Of a stretch of DNA of 64,000 bases, positions 1-12,445 are shown in pieces; position 1 is the stretch's first letter; every line of letters starts with the position of its first letter. Source of the DNA: Eledone cirrhosa. Its lineage: Eukaryota. The translations under genes and the position numbers were made by a program. Below the pieces are notes generated by a model. That model was not told where the DNA came from. It saw only the letters and a list, made by a program, of their open reading frames with translations, and searched no databases. The stretch is taken from the NCBI GenBank assembly GCA_964016885.1, contig OZ024745.1:96100001-96164000 (forward strand). The letters are read 5' to 3'.

Positions 1-110
1 CTACTTTAGGCACAAGGCCAACAATTACCCAGTGCATTACTGGTACTTTATTTTATCGACCCCGTAAGGATGAAAGGCAAAGTCAACCTCGGCGGGATTT
101 GAACTCTGAT
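1..110 (-). mobile_element. tRNA-derived SINE family A, partial
   Basis: Same sequence as the copies at 3900-4082, 25086-25272, 39901-40082 and 45859-46050. Confidence 0.8.
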
Positions 111-273
111 ATAATAATAAAATTAAAAACTTATTATGTCTGTTTTAAAAGCTACATCAGTTTAGTATCAATAGATTCTCTCAGGTGAAATAATTTGCTG
201 AACGAGTTCTACTGAAATATATATATACATCTCAATAAATGTAATGAAAATCTAAAACCCTCATCCATTTTAT

Positions 274-278
<5 letters not shown>

Positions 279-311
<33 letters not shown>

Positions 312-490
312 GTGTGTGTGTGTGTGTGTGTGCATGTGTACGTGTGTGCATGTGTGTGTGTGTTTGTGTGTGGATATGTGTGAATGTGCATGTTTGTGTG
401 TGTTTGCGTACGTGTGACTATGTGTATGTATGTGTGCATGCATGTGTGTGTGTATATGTCCATATGTTTGTGTGTGTGTGTGTGTGCATG
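279..490. repeat. (GT)n-rich microsatellite
   Basis: Degenerate GT/GTAT repeats. Confidence 0.95.
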
Positions 491-849
491 CTGGTTATGG
501 GGTTATGGAGCAGGAGAGAGTTGGAAGCTGGGAGGAAAAGATAGTGATTCGGTATCTTTTGCTGTGCCATTGGACACCATCTATCAACATCCCCCTCTTG
601 GACAAGACTACAATCTCCAGTGAATGTATGTAAGGTGTCTTCTTTAAACCAAAGAGCCATGCATCTTCATACATACAGGCAACAGATAGATTTATAAAAT
701 AAAGAAAAGTCCTTCAAACAGTAGTATTATTAATAAATTAAGAAAAAGTTCCTTTAAAAACAAAACATAATGTAAAAATCTGTATTTAAAAATATTAAAT
801 TAAAAGGATAATAAATAAAAAAAACTGTCTTCGTTGTCGTCATCGTCGT

Positions 850-1465
850 TTTCTTCTTCTTCTTCGCCCACTTATTCCTGAGAGGGTCATGGGGGCAGAG
901 TACTCAAACACTTCTTTCAGCAGATCCTGTCAGAAGCAACTGTCTCCAACTGATCTGGATGGATCCCCAAGGGAAACCAGCCAAGATCATGGATGTTATC
1001 CAACCAACTTACTCAGGGTCTACCCCTGGATCTCCTGTCATTTGGTTTTTCCTGTAAAATCTGTCCAATGATTCTTTCTTGAAACATTCTAACCATATGC
1101 TCATAGTATCAGAGCTGTGATCTCTCAATTCAGAGAAGTAGCTACTCTACCTAGAGTGACTTTCTGATCTCCAAGCTACTGAATTGAATATAGCAAGTTT
1201 GGCTTTTACACCTTTCCCCCTTCTTCTGATTACTGGATGCTGAAGCTGGCATATTACTGCACCAGTTCCTTTAATTCTTGTACTTAATTCAGCCACCTAC
1301 ATTCCATCATTCGTGAACATGGCCCCAAGATACTTGAAATTCTCTACCTGCTTCAGTGGAACTCCATTTCCATGTAGATTGCACTGCGTAGGCTTCCTTA
1401 AGAAGACGAGTGTCTCAGTTTTTGCAACACTAATTTTCATTATAGCCATGCAGCACTTGGCATCA
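850..1465 (-). mobile_element. RTE-like LINE 3' fragment with (GAA)n tail, decayed
   Basis: Homologous to 41815-42150 (-) and about 56990-57470 (+); remnant FKYLG-type RT motif near 1330. Confidence 0.6.
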
Positions 1466-2287
1466 AATAAAAAAGAAATGTAAAATATAAATTTTAATAT
1501 TCCTTTAAATTTATTTTAAACAGATTAATGGTCCTGTAAGCACTTTTAGCTGTCATACTAACTGTTCAGACAGTAAAACTAAATTGAGTGACAAATTAAT
1601 ATAGAAAATATTATGAAAGAGCCAGAGGTGGCTGATTCCATTTAGTATGAGGTAGATGAATGATTTGCTCTCACAACTTGATGACAAAACATTCATGAAC
1701 AAATATTCTATAGCAGTCACTAAGCTTATGAATTGAAATTCTATAGTAACTGTATTGCTAACATGCATTTTCAGTTCAGTTTTGGATTAAAAAAATCTTT
1801 ATGAAATATTCTTCTTTTCCTTTTTATAGATTTTCTTCTTCTACCTTCATTTGAAAAAGGGGGACATTTTGAATCAACAATTTGTACACGTGTCACTTCA
1901 TGGTGTATTCCTTACAGTTGGGTCCTTGATCTGCTGTTTATGTACTCTGCCTGACTCAGTGCACTAACTCCATTCCTGCTTGATTGATATCATTGTCGGT
2001 TCATTATAGACATGTAATACAATCATTTTTTTATTTTTTTTTATTTACAATCATATTTGCATTAACTTAAACACCTTCCCATTTTTTAATTTTGTCATTT
2101 CACTCTGTTCAATAAAATTGTATTCTGCAACAAGAGTCTTCACTTTTTTCATCCTCACAGCCAATGTAAATCCTCCTCCAATGTAAATCTAACCTTCGTC
2201 AAGGGTTTTTAAGATTTCATTCATTAAAATGAATATATTGAAAAATAGAATTATACCCAAATTCTAACTTATTTATTAAGAATCTTT

Positions 2288-2310
2288 CATCATCATCGTC
2301 ATCATCGTCG

Positions 2311-2380
<70 letters not shown>

Positions 2381-2386
2381 CATCAT
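2288..2386. repeat. (CAT)n microsatellite
   Basis: Seen directly. Confidence 0.95.
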
Positions 2387-2974
2387 CTAATATTTGGTTT
2401 TTCTGCTAGAAATGGTTAGTTCATTATGTTTGACATGGAACAGTAGCATTCATACATCCATACATACATTAATGTTTAGAGATCTTCACAGCCTGATTTT
2501 CAGGATAAGAAAGATTGTAAAAGTAGGATTCCACTTAAAATCATAGGATTATCAACTAATACTTTTTTCTATTTGATTTTGTTGCCACTAACTAACAGGT
2601 AACTGAATGTATTTCAGATTACTAATGTTGTATACTAATTTTCATATAAACATCAAAATTATTCATTTCATGACTCAAACTGCTACATGAGACACACTAG
2701 TGCAACACTTTCTCATAAGGTGAGCATTCATTTACAACAAGAAGCCATTACAAAACATCATTCACTAGATGCAACAAAATTCTATTGAAAAACATTAGTT
2801 GACAATACTACAATTCTATGTATAATAGAATCACACAAAAAAAAAACTATTGAAGCTTTAATAATATCAAGCATATGTGAAATCATCTATCAAAGTCTGC
2901 TAAGCTTTAACAGTTCATCATCATCATCATCGTCATCATCATCATCATCATCATTATTAAACATCTCTTCATCA

Positions 2975-3113
2975 GCATAATTACGTCCCTTTACGATCTG
3001 AGTTCAAATCCCGCCGAGGTTGACTGTCTTTCATCCTTACGGGGTCGATAAAATAAAGTACCAGTAATGCACTGGGTAATTGCTGGCCTTGTGCCTAAAG
3101 TAGAAACAATTAT
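2975..3113 (+). mobile_element. SINE family A, 5'-truncated
   Basis: B box GAGTTCAAATC, core, and the ccttgtgcctaaagtagaaacaattatt end. Confidence 0.8.
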
Positions 3114-3114
3114 T

Positions 3115-3550
3115 AAACATCTCTTTTCCATGCTAGCATGGGTTAGATGGGTTGTCCTATTTGAAGCAAGTTAGGTCAGGTGACCATTTCTTGCTTATAC
3201 AGAATTGTTTCTGGTTAGGTTTCTATGGCTGGATGCCATTCCTAACACCAGCCATATTTGCTGTATGTGCTGGGTGCTTTTTGTCGTGGCACCTGCATGA
3301 CCACTTTACAGTGTGGGGTGGGTGCTTTTTGTCATGAGACTTACACAACCCCTTTACAGTGTAGGATGGGTGCTTTTTATCATGGCACCTACACTAGCAC
3401 TTTACATTGTGTGTTTGGTGCTTTTTGTTATGACACCTTCCCAACCACTTTACAGTGTGCGCCGGATGCTTTTTGTCATGGCACCAAAATGACCACATTA
3501 CAATGTTGGCTGGGTGCTTTTTGTCATGGCACCAAAACGACCACTTATAA
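3115..3550 (-). mobile_element. RTE-3'UTR-derived repeat with six 48-bp tandem units
   Basis: Unit tgggtgctttttgtcatggcacctacatgaccactttacagtgtgggc at about 3271-3546; ggatgccattcctaacacc motif shared with many other copies. Confidence 0.7.
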
Positions 3551-3726
3551 ATGTTTAATCCAGCATTGATAATTTCACTATTCCTCCTATAATACCTGGT
3601 AAATACTGTAAAGCATGCAAATAATACTCCACTATTACAATAATTTTTATTCTGAAGATAGGACTGTGAAAGCATTGCAACACTTATATATTTAGGAGTA
3701 CTATTGTTCCAAAACCAAATATAATA

Positions 3727-4082
3727 ATTGTTTCTACTTTTGGCACAAGGCCAAATATAATAATAATAATTGTTTCTACTTTAGGCACAAGGCCAGCAAT
3801 TACCCAGTGCATTGCTGGTACTTTATTTTATCGACCCCGTAAGGATAAAAGGCAAAATCAACCTCAGCAGGATTTGAACTCAGATCGTAAATATAATAAT
3901 TGTTTCTACTTTAGGCACAAGGCCAGCAATTACCCAGTGCATTACTGGTACTTTATTTTATCGACCCCGTAAGGATGAAAGGCAAAGTCAACCTCGGCGG
4001 GATTTGAACTCAGATCGTAAAGGGACGTAACTATGCTGGAAAGCATGGCGTCCGACCCTCTACCGATACTGCCAATCCACCG
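3727..4082 (-). mobile_element. Head-to-tail stack of SINE family A (two truncated copies and one full copy) separated by (AAT)n
   Basis: A box TGGCAGTATCGG and B box GAGTTCAAATC on the minus strand; 3' ends repeated at about 3727, 3768 and 3900. Confidence 0.8.
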
Positions 4083-4104
4083 TAAATATAATAATAATAA
4101 TGAA

Positions 4105-4445
4105 AATTATTGTGTTCAGTGCTCAGGTGCACTACAACTCATAAAAGGTACATGTGTAGTGCAAAGAATAATATACAAATCTCAGGAAAGTAAACAGTGT
4201 ATGAGTCATGATATACACACAGATACATGCATATGTGCATATGGAGCGGGAATATCAGGTATAGTGTTGGTGAATTTTGGGAAGCATGAACATTTTGAAA
4301 GATGCAGTGTCCTGAAAGCTAACAACTGATGCATGTAGTTTCTTCCATGATTCAGGTACTCAAAAGATGTTTCCAAAAGTCATGGGAGCTGTGCTGTTTT
4401 CTGATTTTGTAAGCATGACCACGGGTGTTAGACACATGGAATTCA
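4105..4445 (-). mobile_element. CR1/L2-like LINE 3' end, decayed
   Basis: Minus-strand translation VPESWKKLHASVVSFQDTASFK resembles the WNxLPxxVV...FK C-terminal motif. Confidence 0.4.
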
Positions 4446-4643
4446 AAAGAATTAATAAGGAAATATGTATGAAAAATCCTTAATGAAAAAGATCAAACTT
4501 GAGCACAGTTGTACTTTTAATATAATGTTTTAAATAAAAGCTGTTTCCTAATCATACAAATATATACCTATATAACATATATATATATAAATATATATGT
4601 AAATATATATATAATTTTTAAAAAATGTACGTATATAATCATA

Positions 4644-4722
4644 TTGGGTCGTCAAGTATGAAATTTGTAGAAAAAACTGTTGACCATATGCCTCACTACA
4701 AATTTCATACTTGACGACCCAA
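4644..4722. mobile_element. 79-bp mariner-type MITE
   Basis: Perfect 27-bp TIRs TTGGGTCGTCAAGTATGAAATTTGTAG, TA on both sides, 25-bp spacer. Confidence 0.8.
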
Positions 4723-4750
4723 TATATCATTAGAGAAACATATAGAATTT

Positions 4751-4799
<49 letters not shown>

Positions 4800-5239
4800 A
4801 TAGTATTTAGGAAACAGCATACGCTTTAAGGTGGAAAACTAATATTCCTGATGGCGCCATTTCATTGTTCCTAGAACTGGATTGAAAATTGATCTAAGTA
4901 ATCAATAATCGATTAGGTCATGCTGCCAATAAATACAAAAATGAAATTGGTGTGGAATCTAATATATCAGTGTATGTGCATAAATTTAATATATAAGCAT
5001 GTTTCCTCATCCACTTAACTTTAGTTTCTCCCAAATCTCTCTGATGATATGCAGTGTTTAACAAAGCAATGCAAGATAGAGGATTACATAATAATTCAGA
5101 TTTCATAAGCAATTACATAAGTGTATTGAAACATGTGTTAAAGACTCTAGTGTATAATAAATGTTTCTTTGAAATATAAGAAATGTTGTCTAGTTGTTTT
5201 TTTATATCATGATTATATTATATATATATGTATATATTC

Positions 5240-5580
5240 ATTTCATTTCATTTCATTTTACATCCGCTTTTCCCTGCTTGCAAGGGTGGGACGGGAACTG
5301 ATTCTGGCTTGATTTCTACAGCTGGATGCCCTTCCTAACACCAACCTCATTTACAGTGAGTGCTGGGTGCTTTTTTGCCGTGGCACCTCCACGACCACTT
5401 TACAGTGGAATGATAGGGACCCCAGTCCTTATCATCTCATTTCTACAGCTGAGTAAACTGGAGCAATGTGAAATAAAGTGCCTTGCTCAAGGAAACAACA
5501 CATCACCCGGTCTGAGAATTGAACTCACAACCTTTCGATTGCAAGGCCAATGCTCTAACCACTAAGCCATGTGCCTCCAT
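5240..5580 (-). mobile_element. tRNA-derived SINE family B with RTE-type tail
   Basis: A box TGGCTTAGTGG and B box GAGTTCAATTC; tail GTTAGGAAGGGCATCCAG followed by (ATGAA)n; near-identical partial copy at 49676-49900 (+). Confidence 0.8.
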
Positions 5581-6132
5581 TAATATATATTTACATATGT
5601 GTGTGCGTGCATCTGTGTGCGCGTGTGTGTGTATCCTTGTTTTTAAAATCAATACACTATATTCCTGTGTGCTGTAGGAGAAAAGAAAACAGAGTTGACA
5701 TCAGGAAGTGTATCTAACTGTGCCTCAAAAAGTCCCATCTAGCTCATATTAGCATGGAAAAGTTATAATCAATAAAAGTATGACAATATATATACATATA
5801 CAAACACACATATATATATACACACACAGATTTATAAAGGGAGATATCCACAGAGTCTTAACTAAACAGGATGCTGGGAAGCTCAATATATTATGATTAT
5901 TAGTCATGCAGATCAAATAAATTCAAGATAAGGTATCTGGGAGGTAAGATCCAAAAGATTGGAAAATTACTGGCATCACATGTGCATTAATATGTATTTA
6001 AGTGTATTTAAGGGAGAACCAAAGGCTTTTAGGGATTTAAATCATATATATATATATGTATGATTATATACAACACACAAAAACAAGATGGTATAGGACA
6101 GAGCAAAGGAGAGACACACAAAATAAAAACCT

Positions 6133-6177
6133 AGTAACTGAGGAGGTCACAGAATGTGTGACGAACGAGCTTTGACA
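6133..6177 (+). ncRNA. Degenerate type-I hammerhead ribozyme in a solo Penelope pLTR fragment (about 6070-6180)
   Basis: CTGAGGA-g-GTCACA-gaatg-TGTGAC-GAAC-gagc-TT; upstream flank is homologous to the flank of the 7111-7155 motif. Confidence 0.55.
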
Positions 6178-6855
6178 ATATATAAATTGTCAATATATAT
6201 ATTGTCAAAGTGCCTCCATCATGGATCAACTTCTCTAAGCGCTCCTGCCATAATAACACTTTTTGAACTGCTTTTCCTCAAGAACAATGCCTGTAAATAA
6301 TATTCTTTCTTTCCCATTACCTTATCATGTTCCACATCACCCCTTTTTTTTACTTCAAAAACGTTGTTTGTATATAATATTATTCTTTCTTTCCCATTTC
6401 AATAACATGTTCAACATCACCTTATCTTCTCTCCTACATTTTATACCAATACAAATTCCCCCTTTTTTTCTCTCCCACTCATATAATTTGATAATGAATA
6501 AAATGCTGAAACCGGTAATTGACAATTATTAAATAAATAAATCAATGCTATTGTTAATTAATAAATAAATTAACTAATACCTTAACAATTCACACAAAGT
6601 AAAATATTTTGTTTTAAATATTTTCTAACCCAGAAAAAAGAGAAAAAAATAAAGGAAAAAAAAAAATTGTTCTTCCTAATAATCGTTTTTTCTCCCTATT
6701 TACATATATATATATTCCAACTTGTGTGCTCCTTCTGCACATTTTATATATACATATACACATATATATACATATATATACACATATACATATATACATA
6801 TGTATACATATATATATACATATATATGAATTTATATACATATATATATATACAC

Positions 6856-6895
<40 letters not shown>

Positions 6896-6899
6896 TTCG

Positions 6900-8175
6900 T
6901 TTCTGAATTTGTTTAGCAAGATTCTTTATCTGAAATCGTGTGTTGAAACCGATATTGTTATACTTTGGGAGGGTCATGTTGCCAATAAGAAACACACGCA
7001 CCAGTTGCTTTCACTTCAATTTAATTTATTATATATTTATAAATTTACAAATTTATAAATTTCTGGTTGGTTGGTTGGTTCCACAACCAGATAGTTGTTT
7101 ATATATATATAGTCATAGTTCTTTCGTCACACACTCTGTGACCTCTTCAGTGACTGGGGATTTCTTTCTTCGTTTCTGTGCCTTTCCTTTCTTCTATCCT
7201 ACGCCATTTTGTTTGTGTGTGGGTTGCGTGCTCAGTTTGCGCATGCGCCACATCCGGGTGTCTGTGTGTGTTTGTGTTCATTTTTCTATTTTTCTATTTA
7301 TATTTTTCTATTTGTTTGTTTATTTATTTATTTATTGTTGGTTGGTTGTTTGTTCTATGTGTGTGTGTGTTTTCATTTTGTGTGTGTTTTCAATTGTAAG
7401 TTATTTGTTCTATGTGTGTGTGTGTTTTCATTTTGTCCTTAATTGTAAGTTGTGATGTTGCTGTTCCACTCATATTTTCTATTTAATTTTGGTTTTAATT
7501 CTTTTATGCTTACTGCCTCTGTAATTTGCCTAAACATTGCGTCTTTCTTGTGTGTGGATTCTATTTTTATTTCTATGCTCTCTAATTTACCCTGTGTTCT
7601 ATCTTAGCATGTTGGTAGAGCACAGATGATTCTTTATTATCTTGGAGGTCTCGCCAGTGTTCATTTATTCGTTCCCCTATACTACGAGCTGTCTCACCTA
7701 TGTACACTATATTTTTGTTTCTACATTGTCCTTCAGTACATCTTATGCTATATACTACATTTCTAGTTTTACAGTTAATATGGGGGCTTATTTTACAGGT
7801 TATACATTTCTTATCTATACATGAGGGTCTTTGGAACGGGTATGTCTTGCTAATAAGTGTTTTTACGGAGGTACCAGGTCTTTCTACTATCTTAATATTG
7901 AGATTATGTTTCTTTAGGGCCCTTCTAAATTTGTAGGCTAGTTCGCCTCTAGGGGTTGTATTGATGAACATTACACTCTGGTATTTATTGCTATCATACC
8001 ATGAGTTTATTCTATTGACCTTGTTCTTAGTTCTTTCTATTCTATTCCAAAATTTGCTCCTATACAAGGGGCAGGTCCCATTTATGTCATTATTTACCAT
8101 TTTTTCCCATTTGGTTCTGGCTCCTTTATACACTCTGATTCTATCTCTCTGATTGTAGCCAGAGAACTGGCAGAG
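6900..8175 (-). mobile_element. Penelope-like element, 5'-truncated (C-terminal GIY-YIG endonuclease plus pLTR)
   Basis: ORF 7582-8184 has CxxC...VVYSIRC...YIGETARSIGERINEH; continues after a 1-bp frameshift as RQITEAVSIKELKPKLNRKYEW to about 7460; hammerhead motif lies downstream. Confidence 0.85.
7111..7155 (-). ncRNA. Minimal type-I hammerhead ribozyme
   Basis: AGUCA CUGAAGA G GUCACA-GAGUG-UGUGAC GAAA GAAC UA UGACU: intact core, 5-bp stem I, 6-bp stem II, 1-bp stem III. Confidence 0.8.
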
Positions 8176-8237
8176 AAGTTGCAATATCGGAAGGAGACCT
8201 TACTCTTGGGATTGCCCTCGTACATACATACATATAT

Positions 8238-8302
<65 letters not shown>

Positions 8303-8320
8303 AATATATGTATGTATGTA

Positions 8321-8708
8321 CGAGGGCAATCCCAAAAGTAAGGTCTCCTTCCGATATTGCAACTTTTCTGTTAAAATCCTGTGGATGGTGCTTCGGGAAA
8401 CCTCAGGAACCAAAATGCAGAGAGCATCAAGAGTGATCCGCCGATCTTTATGCATGTTTTCCTTGGAAGGAGACCTTATTTTGGGGATTGCACTCTAATA
8501 ACTGCGCGAAATTCGCACTTGGTAACAGCGTTCAATGGGAGCTCCATTCTCAACGGCTGCCTAGCCAAGATTGAGCATCCCAGCAAAGCACGCGCATGCT
8601 TGTTTGGGAGTGAAGGAAGCACCATTCACAACAGTGTTGCCAACAGGCGTACAAACAGTTTTCTGCGTCCCCATCGCTTTGGAGACCTTACTTTTGGGAT
8701 TACCCTCG
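8321..8708 (-). mobile_element. Internally deleted mariner element
   Basis: About 28-bp TIRs CGAGGGYAATCCCAAAAGTAAGGTCTCC with TA flanks; transposase HTH remnant DRRITLDAL...VSRSTIHRILTEKLQYRK; a third TIR-like copy at about 8469-8497. Confidence 0.85.
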
Positions 8709-8726
8709 TATATATATATATATATA

Positions 8727-9076
8727 TGTGTCCAGCTAACCTCAGTCTCCTCTGTGTCACTTTTGAGCTGACTTTTGGGATGCTCCCATACAGCTCTGAA
8801 TTTTTCATCCTCAGTGTATACTGATTAATGTTCAGAGCCATCCTCAGCATTCTCGTGTAGCACCCATCCACCTATCCAGAGTTGACATTGCACTCAGTGC
8901 TCCTTTGGGAGCCCCTACATGGACACACTAGAAGAGGAAGACCAAGGTTAACGTATGTTGATGCCCTAAGGACAGACACTGGTCTGTTGGAGACGCAGGA
9001 CATGGCAGCGATAATGAGGGACAGAAACCCCGCTGGAGAGAACTCGTCCATGGATCTCGGGAATTTTACCCACCTT

Positions 9077-9078
<2 letters not shown>
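8727..9078. mobile_element. RTE-clade LINE 3' fragment with inverted 5' part
   Basis: Minus 8727-8870 encodes DGCYTRMLR...RRLRLAGH; plus 8873 onward encodes [27 protein letters not shown]. Confidence 0.8.
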
Positions 9079-9147
<69 letters not shown>

Positions 9148-9204
9148 CATATATACATATATACATATGTATATAAACATATATACATATATTTTTTTTT
9201 TTTC

Positions 9205-9425
9205 TAGTCGATCGACTTTCGTCAAATCGGACCGAGGAAACTATGTTTCCGTTGGTCTTTCCAATTGCTAATACTATCTATCGGTCGCAACTCCAGGTAG
9301 AAGGAGCAACGTGAAATAAAGTGTCTTGCTCAAGGACATAACGCATCGCCTGGTTCAGGAATCGAATTCACAACCTCACGATTGTGAATCCAATACTCTA
9401 ACCACTCAGCCACACGCCTTCACTA
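9205..9425 (-). mobile_element. tRNA-derived SINE family C
   Basis: A/B-box head similar to family B but a different tail; second copy at 62040-62260. Confidence 0.75.
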
Positions 9426-9894
9426 TATATACATATATATACATATATATACATATATATATATATATATACATATATGGTGGCTGCCAACTCGTTTTCG
9501 AGTATGGCCACTACTTTATATCCATGTAGGAGAACCCCTACCGATGCACTGAACGAGTGTGACTTTTTAGTCCAGCCAGCGACTTGAAAACTCTGGTACA
9601 AACACTACACTTGTGACAATTATTGACACATAGTGCTGGGCCCATGTGACCATGTGACGACAAGTGCAGAGACATCTCCAGATATAAAGCAATGCCTGTG
9701 CCGTGAAGCTTTTATAGTGAGCAAAGTCACTGCACAAAGCCAGTCCCACTCTCTTAAACAAGATGATATTTACCAAAAAGAAGAACAAGTCAACATCATT
9801 GGATACCATCAGGATTGCAGGTGTTATATCAGAGTTTTCCTTCTCCTAGAATTCTGCCTTGACAAAGGCTAAGGGGTCATCTCTCCCGGAAGGG

Positions 9895-11890
<1,996 letters not shown>

Positions 11891-12019
11891 TTTAAATTCA
11901 TAATTACTTCTATACCTTTCGGCAATATCAATAGAGTGTTATGAGCAGGAAATACAATTTACATTGACTTTGTGTTATTTCGCTAATTATGTCTTTAATG
12001 AGTAAATAGTGAATTGCTG

Positions 12020-12399
12020 AAAGTGGAATAATAGGGGATATTGAAAGATAATATATACTATAACAACAGTAAGAAGAACAACAAGAAGTATCCAAATATA
12101 AAGATCTTGAAATAGAGATGACCAGAATTTGTGAATTGAAAACAAAAGCAACCCATATAATGATAGAGGCTTTGGGAATGATTAAACAACAAGCACAGAA
12201 ATACGTAGCCCAAACTTCAGGACATACACATATTTACAACACCAACAATAGCACTACTTAATATTCCACACATATTACATTGAGTATTATGTTTAATACA
12301 ATAGAGAGACGCAAAAGGCAAAATGACACTGTTCATATCGATGGCCCTTAGAGCTACACCAGTTTGTGTAGTGAGAGTACACAATATAAATACTACTGA

Positions 12400-12400
<1 letters not shown>
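12020..12400 (+). mobile_element. R4/Dong-like LINE 3' fragment, decayed, followed by (AAT)n
   Basis: Translation YKDLEIEMTRI...IEALGMIK resembles the RLE C-terminus of the element at 24600-24820. Confidence 0.6.

Positions 12401-12444
<44 letters not shown>

Positions 12445-12445
<1 letters not shown>

Noticed and set aside
1830-2116. Possible plus-strand terminal exon (strong acceptor at about 1829, AATAAA at 2111)
   Set aside because: No frame gives a recognisable peptide, and such signals are common in AT-rich DNA.
3271-3546. CRISPR-like periodic array
   Set aside because: The units are contiguous degenerate tandem repeats with no unique spacers or cas genes, in a eukaryotic context.
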